Positions 1-8,444 of a stretch of 22,552 nucleotides of DNA are shown here, piece by piece. Location of the stretch: contig JALTXW010000007.1 in NCBI GenBank assembly GCA_027046565.1, positions 1 to 22,552 of the forward strand, in the 5' to 3' direction. Origin of the DNA: Candidatus Parcubacteria bacterium. GTDB taxonomy: Bacteria; Patescibacteriota; Minisyncoccia; Minisyncoccales; S141-161. The position numbers and the translations under genes are program-made. Every line of letters starts with the position of its first letter. The stretch's first letter is position 1. The notes under the pieces were generated by a model. That model made no database searches, had not been told where the DNA came from, and was given only the letters and a program-made list of their open reading frames with translations.

Positions 1-2157
1 CTAACTCAAAGGCTAAAAAAGATAGAAAATAAAAAAAGCCCTCTCCAGAGCAGATTAGATCATTTAAAAGAGGAGCTAGAAAAAATAGAAGAAAAGTTAT
101 CTCAAATATTGGAAGAAGAAGAAAGAATTTCTGCTAAAATAGCTAAAGTAGAAGCCGAAGAAAAAGCTACTAATGATCCTGAAATTAGAAAAAAGGCGGA
201 AAAGGAAAGATGGGAATTAGAAGATAAACTAAAAGCGAAAATCACCGCAAGATGGAAGCTAGAAGATGAAAAAGTAAATTTAGAAAACAAGATAGAGAGA
301 ATAAATAAAAAACTTAGAACTCTATTACAAGAAGCAACAGAAATAGAGTTAAAGAGAGATAAATTAGAAAATAGGAAAAGACTAATTGAGCTTATAAAAC
401 AGAGGTGGAAAATTTTAGATCAACGCAAGGAATTAGAAAATGAGCTTCAGCCATTGGTGCGGAAGAGAAAGTTATTATTAGCAAAACTTTCACCTATAGA
501 AATAGAGCTTAAAAATATAATAATCAATGAGGAGGAGGTAGAAACTAAGATTAAAACCTTAGAAAAAAAACTTGCTCAAACTAGAGATTATCTACTTCGG
601 AGAGAGATTAGAGAAGATATTTTTAAATTAGAGGAAGAGAGAAGAAAGATAGAAAAAAGTCGATGGGAAAAGGAAACTAAAAAAGAGGAAATAGAAAGAG
701 AGATAAAGCAGGTAGAGAAAAAGATAGAAAACCTTCTATTAAAAAGAGAAGAGTTAAACTTAGAACTTGAAGAATTAGAAAGGGAGATTCGCGGAGAGCC
801 TTCTAAAGAAATAACTTTACCCCAATTTAAATTAAAAAAAGAACATCTCGAGGAAAATCGATACTTACCTTTAAAAGAAATCAATACTGTAGAAGAGACA
901 ATAAGAGACATAAAAAAGAGCTTACAGAAAAAGGTGAAAGCAAAAGAAGTGAAAGCAAAAGAAAAAGATGTAAAGCTTGAAAAAAAAGAAAAAGCCAAAA
1001 AAGAATCTCAAGAATTAAAAAGCAACGAAGAAGAAAAAGAAGAAGATCAAAAAGACGAAGAAGAAAATAAACTCCCGCCTTTAAAGAAACCTATTAATAC
1101 TTCTCAACCTAAGCCAAAACTCATTGCTCCTGAGGTTAAAGAAAAGTTAGAAAAGATAAAAGAAGAAAAAGAGAGAGAAAAAGAAGAGTTAAAGAAGAAA
1201 AAAATAGAAGAGTTAAGAAGAAAGTTAGCTCATCTTCAAAAGTTAGAGGAAGAAAAAAGACTAAAGTTTGCAAAAAAAGTAGCATCTCATCAGTATAAGA
1301 TTCCCTCTATTAATCCAGGAGAAAACTTAATAAAAATAGAATCTTCCAAGCCTACGGGAGAACTAATAGTTAAAGCAGAAAAACCTACCAAAAGCTCAAA
1401 GATTTTAACCAGGATAATAATTCTGGCCGTTTTATTTTTGGGTCTGGGAGCTACAGCTGGTTTTTGGTATTGGATGGTAGTTATCAAACCTAACCAACCT
1501 CCTCCTGTAATTCAAATTCCTCAACCTGAAAGACCTCCAGAGGAAGAACTTGAAACTCCAGAGCGCCCTATAGAGCCTCCATCTTCTTTAGTAATAGTAG
1601 ATAGCACTTCAACCTTAGAGGTAGAGGTAGATAATGAAATCCCACCTAAACTTTTAACTGAGCTTCAAAGAGAAGACTTAGGTTTTTTAGTGAGAATCTT
1701 AATTAAAAATAAAAAAGAAGGATTTTATTATGATTTAGAAAAGCTCTTTGCAGTTTTAGCTATAGAATATCCTGAAAATCTGTTTGAAAAGATAGATAAA
1801 GAAAATTATAATCTTTTACACCACTTCTTAGGGAGAGACAGAAGATATTTAAGAAAGCATTACTTTGCTATCATAGCTAAGATAAAAGAAAAAGAAGGTA
1901 TTTTAGATTTTTTCTTAAACTGGGAAAAGACTATGGAAGTAGATACCGATATCTTCTTTAGACTAATAGGTAAAAAAGGAAAAGCGGTACAAAAAGCTTT
2001 CGGGGAGTTTTCGTACAAAGGTTACAGGATAAGATGCATACCTTTTGAAGTAAGAGCTGATTTTGGGATATGCTGGACTATAACTGAACAAAATTTCATC
2101 TTTACTTCTTCAGGTAGAACCGCTACTCTAGTGATAGATAGGTTAATTAAACCTTAA
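1..2157 (+). CDS. 5'-partial K/E-rich coiled-coil membrane-anchored protein of unknown function
   Basis: The reading frame is open from position 1 with no in-frame stop, and the track begins at a TTG at 109, so the gene continues upstream of the window. It has a long KEKLEEL-type charged heptad-like N-terminal region. A single TM helix (ILTRIIILAVLFLGLGATAGFWYWMVVI) follows, then a Pro-rich linker (PPPVIQIPQPERPPEEELETPERPIEPP). The ~200-aa C-terminal globular domain is predicted outside by the positive-inside rule. The stop is TAA at 2155-2157. Confidence 0.6.
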   Translation, partial: LTQRLKKIENKKSPLQSRLDHLKEELEKIEEKLSQILEEEERISAKIAKVEAEEKATNDPEIRKKAEKERWELEDKLKAKITARWKLEDEKVNLENKIERINKKLRTLLQEATEIELKRDKLENRKRLIELIKQRWKILDQRKELENELQPLVRKRKLLLAKLSPIEIELKNIIINEEEVETKIKTLEKKLAQTRDYLLRREIREDIFKLEEERRKIEKSRWEKETKKEEIEREIKQVEKKIENLLLKREELNLELEELEREIRGEPSKEITLPQFKLKKEHLEENRYLPLKEINTVEETIRDIKKSLQKKVKAKEVKAKEKDVKLEKKEKAKKESQELKSNEEEKEEDQKDEEENKLPPLKKPINTSQPKPKLIAPEVKEKLEKIKEEKEREKEELKKKKIEELRRKLAHLQKLEEEKRLKFAKKVASHQYKIPSINPGENLIKIESSKPTGELIVKAEKPTKSSKILTRIIILAVLFLGLGATAGFWYWMVVIKPNQPPPVIQIPQPERPPEEELETPERPIEPPSSLVIVDSTSTLEVEVDNEIPPKLLTELQREDLGFLVRILIKNKKEGFYYDLEKLFAVLAIEYPENLFEKIDKENYNLLHHFLGRDRRYLRKHYFAIIAKIKEKEGILDFFLNWEKTMEVDTDIFFRLIGKKGKAVQKAFGEFSYKGYRIRCIPFEVRADFGICWTITEQNFIFTSSGRTATLVIDRLIKP

Positions 2158-2160
2158 AAA

Positions 2161-2535
2161 ATGGAAAAAGAGCTTTTAGAAAAAATCAAAAAACAACTTT
2201 TGGAAGAAGAGCGTTCTTTAGTTTCTCAACTTTCTAAAATAGCTAAAAGAGAAGGTCAAGATTGGGAACCAAAGTATCCAGAGTTTAGAGAAGAAAGCTC
2301 TCCTGGAAGTTGGAAAGATGAAATCTCAGATGAGGTAGAAGAGTTCTCGCACTTAGTTTCAATAGAAAAAGCTTTAGAAGAAAAGCTTAAAAAAGTAAAG
2401 AAGGCTTTAAAAAAGATAGAAGAAGGAAACTTTGGTAACTGCGAGTTATGCCAAAAAGAAATAGAGAGAGAAAGGTTAAAAGTTAATCCTACAGCCGAAA
2501 CTTGTATTACTTGCTTAAAAAAGTATGAACTTTAA
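2161..2535 (+). CDS. DksA/TraR-family C4-type zinc-finger protein
   Basis: The C-terminus reads CELCQKEIERERLKVNPTAETCITC, which is a CxxC-x17-CxxC motif typical of DksA/TraR zinc fingers. The N-terminal part is an acidic coiled-coil. The ATG lies 4 nt after the upstream stop, and the 3' end overlaps the comM start by 11 nt, which suggests translational coupling. Confidence 0.75.
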   Translation: MEKELLEKIKKQLLEEERSLVSQLSKIAKREGQDWEPKYPEFREESSPGSWKDEISDEVEEFSHLVSIEKALEEKLKKVKKALKKIEEGNFGNCELCQKEIERERLKVNPTAETCITCLKKYEL

Positions 2536-4024
2536 GGTCTACTCTGGAGCTTTATTAGGGATCAAAAGCCAATTAGTAGAAGTTGAAGCTACTACCTTTT
2601 TTAAAAGCTTACCGGGATTTTTAATTGTAGGGTTACCAGATAAAACTGTTGAAGAGTCTAAAGAAAGGATAATTTCAGCCCTCAAAAATTTAAACTTAGA
2701 TTTTAAAGTAGAAGGCAAAACTATTGTAAACTTAGCTCCTGCAGATTTAAAGAAAGAAGGCTCTTTATTTGATCTCCCTATAGCTTTGAGCTACTTAGCT
2801 TCAAGAAAAGCTTTGCTTTTTAACCCTAAGGATTTTTTATTTGCAGGAGAACTCTCTTTAGAAGGAAAACTAAGAAAAATAAAGGGAGCTATTCTCTTAG
2901 CTGAATTAGCGAAAAAAGAGAATATTCCAAATTTGATCATCCCTAAAGAAAATTTAAAAGAAGCTTTACTAATTAGAGAAATTAATGTTTATGGATTTGA
3001 AACCCTTAAAGAAGTAGTGAAATTTTTAAACAAAGAAAAAAGTTTTAATCCGACTACGAGAGAAGAATTCAAAATTCACCCTAAAGAAAACTTCCCTACA
3101 GATTTTGCTGAAATTGGAGGACACCAAATAGCTAAAAGAGCTTTAACTCTTTCTGCGATAGGAAAGTTAAATGTTTTAATGTTAGGACCTCCAGGAACCG
3201 GCAAAACCCTTTTAGCTAAAGCTCTAATATCAATATTACCACCTTTAGAGGAAGAAGAAATTATAGAGCTAACTAAAATTTACAGTTCAGCTGGATATCT
3301 TAAAGAAGAAGAGGTAATTGCTCAACGACCTTTTAGAAATCCTCACCATTCAGCTTCAAAAAGTGCAATTGTAGGAGGAGGTAATCCTTTTAGGCCAGGA
3401 GAGATTACTTTAGCTCACAAAGGAGTTTTATTTTTAGATGAGTTAGCCGAGTTTCACCGAGATGTTTTAGAAAGCTTAAGGCAACCTTTAGAAGATAAAA
3501 AGATCTTAGTTTCCAGAAGCAACTATGCTTTAGAGCTTCCTGCAGACTTTATATTTATTGGAGCTTCTAATCCTTGCCCTTGCGGAAACTTTTCTAATCC
3601 TTATAAAGAGTGTTATTGTTCTCCTTCCCAGATTTCAAAATACAAAAGAAAGCTCTCTGGACCTTTAGCAGATAGAATTGATATCTTTTTAGAAATTCCT
3701 TACCAAAGCTCAGAAAGTTTAACTCAAACTCAAGAAAGCAGTGCAAAAATTAGAGAAAAAGTGAAGGAAGCTTTGGAATTTAGAGAAAAAGAAAGAAGAG
3801 GAGATTTTTCTTTAGAAAACTTTGAAAAGGCTTTAAAGTTAGAGCCTTCAGCTAAAAATATCTTAGATAAGTTTTTAGATAAAGGAGAAATTTCTCTAAG
3901 AGGCTACTTTAGAACCTTAAAAGTTGCAAGAAGCATAGCGGATTTAGAGCTTTGTCCCCAAATTAAAAAAGAGCATATCTTAGAAGCTCTAAGTTACAGA
4001 TTGAGAGGAGAAACCTCTATTTAG
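2525..4024 (+). CDS. comM: YifB/ComM family Mg-chelatase-like AAA+ ATPase
   Basis: The N-terminal Lon-protease-like domain carries ComM-type motifs (VGLPDKTVEESKERI, NLAPADLKKEGSLFDLPIAL, GELSLEGKLRKIKGAILLA). Walker A is GPPGTGKT and Walker B is LFLDELAEF. The C-terminal region resembles the Mg-chelatase ChlI C-terminal region. Confidence 0.9.
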   Translation: MNFKVYSGALLGIKSQLVEVEATTFFKSLPGFLIVGLPDKTVEESKERIISALKNLNLDFKVEGKTIVNLAPADLKKEGSLFDLPIALSYLASRKALLFNPKDFLFAGELSLEGKLRKIKGAILLAELAKKENIPNLIIPKENLKEALLIREINVYGFETLKEVVKFLNKEKSFNPTTREEFKIHPKENFPTDFAEIGGHQIAKRALTLSAIGKLNVLMLGPPGTGKTLLAKALISILPPLEEEEIIELTKIYSSAGYLKEEEVIAQRPFRNPHHSASKSAIVGGGNPFRPGEITLAHKGVLFLDELAEFHRDVLESLRQPLEDKKILVSRSNYALELPADFIFIGASNPCPCGNFSNPYKECYCSPSQISKYKRKLSGPLADRIDIFLEIPYQSSESLTQTQESSAKIREKVKEALEFREKERRGDFSLENFEKALKLEPSAKNILDKFLDKGEISLRGYFRTLKVARSIADLELCPQIKKEHILEALSYRLRGETSI

Positions 4025-4982
4025 CAAAAGGATTTTTAGCTCCTCTTACTCCAAAGTGAACATGACAACCTGCAGGCCCCTTTGGGATAGTAAATCCGGT
4101 GTAACCTGTATAACCTATAACTTGACCCTGGTAAACTCTTTGGCCAGGGTAAACTATTATCTTAGAGAGATGTCCATAATAAGTAACAATATTGTTTTGA
4201 TGCAAAATCCTAATGTATTTTCCTCCAATTCGAGAATAACCTGTCTTTTGAACCACTCCTCCCGCTGCAGCTAAAACTGGTTCTCCGCATATTCCGTTAG
4301 ACATATCTACCGCATTATACCAATGTAAACCTTGAGTGATTCTACAAGATCTTCCTAAAGGACAGATAAAGAAAGAGGATAAAGCCTTGGCAAATTTTTT
4401 CAGATTAACAGCATCCATTCTCTCTTTAGCACCAGGAATAATTAATAAGTCTCCGACATAAATCTTTCCCTCAACATCTAAGTTGTTAACCTTTATAATT
4501 TCTTGAGGATCAATATTGTAAAGTTTAGCTAAATAACTAACCGTTTCTCCCTCCGAAACATAATGCAAAATCCCTTTCACTGGCAAAATTATAAGCTTTT
4601 GTCCTGGTGTAATATTAAGCGAAGTTAAGTTATTAGCTTTAACTATAGTATCAACATCTATTCCAAAATCTTGAGCTATGGAACTTAAAGTATCGCCTTC
4701 TTTAACTATATACTCTATTATCGTCTTATCTTCTGTCAAAACGGAAAACTTTGAAAAAGAAATATAAGGAAGCTTCACAGGGTAAAAGGTGTTCTCTTGA
4801 AAAATAGAAAAAGAAGAAGATTCTAAAGATAAAGAGTTTTTCTTAAAATCTAAAAAGAAACTTTCTAGCTTTCCTCCATTCGGATAAAATTGAAAGAGAG
4901 AGTTAAAAGCAAAAGTGAAAATTAAACTAAAAGTGAAACCTAAAATAAAAAACCGCCACTTTCTTAAGCTATAGCTTTCCAT
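4017..4982 (-). CDS. LysM-domain M23 family peptidoglycan metalloendopeptidase
   Basis: There is an N-terminal TM anchor, two LysM repeats (GDTLSSIAQDFGIDVDTIVKANNL and GETVSYLAKLYNIDPQEIIKVNNL), and the M23 catalytic motifs HxxxD (HWYNAVD) and HxH (CHVHFGV). The gene is convergent with comM and overlaps it by 8 nt. Confidence 0.9.
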   Translation of the reverse strand: MESYSLRKWRFFILGFTFSLIFTFAFNSLFQFYPNGGKLESFFLDFKKNSLSLESSSFSIFQENTFYPVKLPYISFSKFSVLTEDKTIIEYIVKEGDTLSSIAQDFGIDVDTIVKANNLTSLNITPGQKLIILPVKGILHYVSEGETVSYLAKLYNIDPQEIIKVNNLDVEGKIYVGDLLIIPGAKERMDAVNLKKFAKALSSFFICPLGRSCRITQGLHWYNAVDMSNGICGEPVLAAAGGVVQKTGYSRIGGKYIRILHQNNIVTYYGHLSKIIVYPGQRVYQGQVIGYTGYTGFTIPKGPAGCHVHFGVRGAKNPFAK

Positions 4983-5019
4983 CTTTACTTTAGAAGTATT
5001 TTAAACTATTTTAACTTAA

Positions 5020-5850
5020 ATGTCAAAAGAAATCTTGCTTTTCTCTAAAGAGAAATTAAAGGCAATCTTTAAAAAAGAAGGTATATGGCCCAGAAAGGCT
5101 TTGGGCCAAAACTTTTTAATCAACTCTAAAATCGCCCGAAAAATAATTCAAGCTTTAAACTTAACTCCAGAGGATGTAGTAATAGAAATAGGATCGGGCA
5201 TAGGAAGGTTAGGCTTTTTGGTTTCAAAATCTGCAAAAAAGGTAATAGGGATAGAAAAAGATGAAAAATTAGTGAAAGTAGCCAAAAAGCTTTTTAAAGC
5301 TAAAAACTTAGAGTTTAAAAGTGAAGATATTTTAAGCTTCTTAAAAAAACAAAACTTAGAAGGCTTAAAAATAGTAGGCAACATTCCTTATTATCTAACC
5401 GGAAAAATCTTAAGAATACTTTTAGAAAGAGAAGATTTGCCTAAAGTGATAGTCTTAAGCTTGCAAAAAGAAGTAGGGGAGAGAATCATATCTCAACCAC
5501 CTAAAGCTACTCTTTTAGGAAACATTTTGCAATATTTAGCTAAAGTTGAGATAATAGAAAAGAAGATTCCTTCTAACTACTTTTATCCTCCACCTAAGGT
5601 AGAATCTATCCTGTTGAAGATAGAACCTAAAAATAGAGCTTTTAACTCAGATAAAAAAGTTATAAAATTGATGAAGGCAGGGTTTTCTCACCCCAGGAAG
5701 ACTTTAATTAAAAACTTAAAAGAAAAGCTAAACTTAAAAGAAGAAAAAATTAAAGCTGTTTTCAAAGAATGCGATCTCAAGGAAACATCCAGAGCTCAAG
5801 AATTAACTCTTCCCCAATGGGAAAAACTAAAAACAAAGTTAGAGTTTTAA
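5020..5850 (+). CDS. rsmA: 16S rRNA (adenine1518/1519-N6)-dimethyltransferase RsmA/KsgA
   Basis: The LGQNFL hallmark motif is present, along with the SAM-binding motif VIEIGSGIGRLG and the NIPY motif. The length of 276 aa is typical for KsgA. Confidence 0.92.
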   Translation: MSKEILLFSKEKLKAIFKKEGIWPRKALGQNFLINSKIARKIIQALNLTPEDVVIEIGSGIGRLGFLVSKSAKKVIGIEKDEKLVKVAKKLFKAKNLEFKSEDILSFLKKQNLEGLKIVGNIPYYLTGKILRILLEREDLPKVIVLSLQKEVGERIISQPPKATLLGNILQYLAKVEIIEKKIPSNYFYPPPKVESILLKIEPKNRAFNSDKKVIKLMKAGFSHPRKTLIKNLKEKLNLKEEKIKAVFKECDLKETSRAQELTLPQWEKLKTKLEF

Positions 5851-8411
5851 TCTTATTTTTGGCATCCTTTTTTATTTTAGCAAATTCAGCCTTAGCTCAA
5901 GGAGAAGACATCGAAAACTTTATTTCTCCTGATGTAAGACCATCCGATCCTGTAACTGAGATAGTAAAACGAGGAGCTAAAGTTGTTTTAGGATCTTTGG
6001 CAAGTCTGGGACTGTCTATAATAGCTGCCGTAGTCGCAGGCCTAGCTTATGTTGCTTACAAATTTGGTTCTTTAGCTCTATTAGCTTTAGGATGGGCTTT
6101 ATATCAAACTATCAATATCCCTATCTTAAGAGATGCAGCTGGTCAGCCTACTTGGGCCTTAGAAGTAGGATGGAGATTTACCCGAGACTTGGTAAATATG
6201 GTTTTTATCATAATCTTAGCTTGGATTGGAATAGCTACGATTTTAAGGCTTTCAGAATATAGAACTGGAAGGGTATTTTTAAACTTAATCTTGATAGCTT
6301 TGTTAGTAAACTTTAGCCCGGTTTTGGTAGGTTTAGTTATAGACGTATCCAATATAATTGCAGGGTTTTTCATTAACGGAATATTAAACAATCCCCAATC
6401 TACCAACGTGTTAGACTCTTTATGTGTAGGCGATAACGATCCCACCACCGAAGAGCGAGGGATTTGGTGTGCAATGGGGGCTGAAATAGCTACGATTTTA
6501 AGCAAAGCTGCTAACATCACTCCCGACCTTACCGATAACTTAGAAGGTATCTTTGCTTTAGTAGCTTATGGAGGTTTCTTTGTGATAGCTACCTTTGTTT
6601 TTGGATTATTAGCTTTGCTTTTTATCTTTAGAGTAATAGCTTTTTGGATATTGTTAGTGTTAGCTCCAATTGCCTTTGTAGCTTTTATTCTCCCAGCTAC
6701 AAGATGGATTTGGAATATGTGGTGGCACCAGCTTCTGCAATGGGCATTTATAGGAGTGATAGCAGCTTTCTTTATCTTTTTGAGCTTCCAGCTTTTAGAA
6801 GCATCAACCTCTACCCAACTTACTCAAGCTTTTGAATGCGGAACTCCAACTGGAGAATCAATTTGTGATGTAGTAGCTCAAAGAAGCGGAGGAGATAGAG
6901 ATAACCCTTCCGCAATTGCAATCTTTGCGGAAAGAGTTTCAAGGTTTGTGATAGCTTTAGCCTTTATGATAGCAGGGCTATTTTATGGTTTTTCAACCAG
7001 TGCAATGGGAGCTACCACTATAATGAGATTCACTCAAAAGAGAGCTCTTCCTGCAACTTTAAGATTTGCAGGCAGGAGTGCAGCTTGGGTTCCAAGAAAG
7101 GTAATTTCTCATCCTCGAGCTAAAGCCAGAATTCAACAAGCAGCTTTAACTACTCCCACTCTAAGAGAAAGCTTTGCCCAAGCTAAAGGAGTAGGAGGGA
7201 AAATTAAAGCTGTAGCTTTGTCTCCTTTTCGCTTTGCTAAAAGAGAAACCGCTCAACTCTTGTTGAGAGGAGAAGAGTTTGAAAGAAGGAGATTTGAAAG
7301 ATTAGGAAAAGAGTTAGCAGAAAGAAAAACTGAAAGTCAAATTCTAAATACCTTGAGATTTGGAAAAGTTTCCCAAGCCTCTGCATTGGCCCAATCTTTA
7401 GCTCAAAAGGGGGAGCTTAAAGATTACACTCAAAGATTGAGAGAATTAGGGATGGAAGAAAAAACTTTAAACCAAAGAATGAAAGAATTAATCAAATATG
7501 CAGCTGGAATTAGCCCAGATTTAGCTAAAGAGATGGTAAAATCTCAAGTTCATTTAGCAGATGAACTAGCAAAAGAGCTTCCTAGAGATCTAGCTAAATC
7601 TATAGGTTTGAGCTTTAAAGATGAGGAAGAGAGAAGAAAATATGAAGATAGCTTAGTTGCAAAGCTTTTAGATAAGATGGGAACTAAAGATATACCTAAG
7701 ATAGATATAGAGGGGTTGAAGCAATTGTTAGAAAGAGGGTTTGCTTCTCCTGCAGGAAGCAAAGAGTTACTTCAAGCTCAAAAGATAAGAGAACAAATTA
7801 ACCTTTGGGATAACGCTAAGTTTTCTAAAGCTGCCGAAGAGTTTGGAGAAGATTTTGTGAAGATTTTGGAAAAGGAAAAGCCAACTTTAGGCAAAATTTT
7901 AGTAGATTACAAAAATCTATCTCAAGCTACTTGGTTAGCTAGCAATGCCGCTAAAGAAGCAGGAATTCCTTATTCAACTGTGTTATCTCCAAGGCAAGTT
8001 ATAGGTTTGCATCGGACTTTAGAGCTTGCAAAGAAACAACCTGAAATCTTAAAGAAAAATCTTGAAAATGTTAATAAAGAGTTAGAGAGCCTTCAAGAAA
8101 AAGCAGAAAGGCAAGAACTAACTGAAGAAGATTACAGAAGACAACAAGAGTTAGAAGAAATAAGAGAAGTCTTAAGGTATGCTATTGAAAAGCAAGGAGA
8201 AGAAGAAAGGAGAGAGGAAAGAGAAGAAAGAGGTCCTGAAGAAGAAGGACCTACTCCTACTTTACCTTCTATAGGACCCAGAGGTAGAGGCGGATCTTCG
8301 AGAGGAGCGCCCTCAACTCCATCTTTACCACCTCGCGGTAGAGGAAGTGCTCAATCTCCCAACCCTCAACTTCCTCCTTCTATTCCTAGAAGAGGAAGAA
8401 AAATAGAATAG
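5817..8411 (+). CDS. Polytopic membrane protein with signal peptide and long charged/RG-rich C-terminal tail; a possible VirB6/TrbL-like channel component
   Basis: I chose the ATG at 5817 (MGKTKNKVRVLILFLASFFILANSALAQ, a signal peptide with an AxA site) over the track start at 5769, which would overlap rsmA by 80 nt. There are at least 7 hydrophobic helices between residues ~70-420, followed by a ~450-aa helical K/E-rich hydrophilic domain ending in PRGRG repeats. The VirB6-like assignment rests on topology and context only, with no motif-level proof. Confidence 0.55.
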   Translation: MGKTKNKVRVLILFLASFFILANSALAQGEDIENFISPDVRPSDPVTEIVKRGAKVVLGSLASLGLSIIAAVVAGLAYVAYKFGSLALLALGWALYQTINIPILRDAAGQPTWALEVGWRFTRDLVNMVFIIILAWIGIATILRLSEYRTGRVFLNLILIALLVNFSPVLVGLVIDVSNIIAGFFINGILNNPQSTNVLDSLCVGDNDPTTEERGIWCAMGAEIATILSKAANITPDLTDNLEGIFALVAYGGFFVIATFVFGLLALLFIFRVIAFWILLVLAPIAFVAFILPATRWIWNMWWHQLLQWAFIGVIAAFFIFLSFQLLEASTSTQLTQAFECGTPTGESICDVVAQRSGGDRDNPSAIAIFAERVSRFVIALAFMIAGLFYGFSTSAMGATTIMRFTQKRALPATLRFAGRSAAWVPRKVISHPRAKARIQQAALTTPTLRESFAQAKGVGGKIKAVALSPFRFAKRETAQLLLRGEEFERRRFERLGKELAERKTESQILNTLRFGKVSQASALAQSLAQKGELKDYTQRLRELGMEEKTLNQRMKELIKYAAGISPDLAKEMVKSQVHLADELAKELPRDLAKSIGLSFKDEEERRKYEDSLVAKLLDKMGTKDIPKIDIEGLKQLLERGFASPAGSKELLQAQKIREQINLWDNAKFSKAAEEFGEDFVKILEKEKPTLGKILVDYKNLSQATWLASNAAKEAGIPYSTVLSPRQVIGLHRTLELAKKQPEILKKNLENVNKELESLQEKAERQELTEEDYRRQQELEEIREVLRYAIEKQGEEERREEREERGPEEEGPTPTLPSIGPRGRGGSSRGAPSTPSLPPRGRGSAQSPNPQLPPSIPRRGRKIE

Positions 8412-8421
8412 AAATAAAGGA

Positions 8422-8444
8422 GGGGAGCTAATATTTAGCTCCCC
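8422..8444 (-). terminator. Hairpin at convergent gene junction (GGGGAGCTA-atatt-TAGCTCCCC), a possible intrinsic terminator for the SPFH gene
   Basis: There is a perfect 9-10 bp GC-rich stem. On the minus-strand transcript it is followed by the U-rich UCCUUUAUUUCU. It overlaps the stop codon of the minus-strand ORF and lies 11 nt after the plus-strand stop. Confidence 0.4.

Noticed and set aside
102-998. Minus-strand ORFs 102-290 (62 aa) and 588-998 (136 aa), rich in S/F/L
   Set aside because: They are antisense to the purine-rich K/E-coding region of the large plus-strand ORF. Their composition (poly-S/F/L) is the complement of GAA/AAG codons. They are low-complexity artefacts.
1-2157. Possible CRISPR or tandem DNA repeat from the periodic aaagaagaa/gaaaaag runs
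   Set aside because: The periodicity is codon-level low complexity (Lys/Glu codons). There are no regular repeat/spacer units of 25-40 nt and no leader. It is not a CRISPR array.
1894-2157. KH-like GxxG motif (LIGKKGKAV) in the C-terminal domain of the first ORF, suggesting an RNA-binding KH domain
   Set aside because: The domain lies after the TM helix on the predicted extracellular side (positive-inside rule), and the surrounding sequence does not fit the KH beta-alpha-alpha-beta pattern convincingly. It is probably a chance motif.
4056-4274. Plus-strand 72-aa ORF inside the LysM-M23 peptidase gene
   Set aside because: It lies wholly within a well-supported minus-strand gene with clear catalytic motifs. 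It has no RBS and no recognisable features.
5769-5816. Upstream start (MRSQGNIQSSRINSSP...) for the 880-aa membrane protein
   Set aside because: It would overlap rsmA by 80 nt and add a non-hydrophobic extension before the signal peptide. The ATG at 5817 gives a canonical signal peptide (K-rich n-region, hydrophobic core, ALA-Q site).
6143-7762. Internal ORFs 6143-6520 (-), 6644-6835 (+) and 7550-7762 (-) within the 880-aa gene
   Set aside because: They are alternate-frame or antisense ORFs inside a long, coherent membrane-protein reading frame. They have no independent signals.
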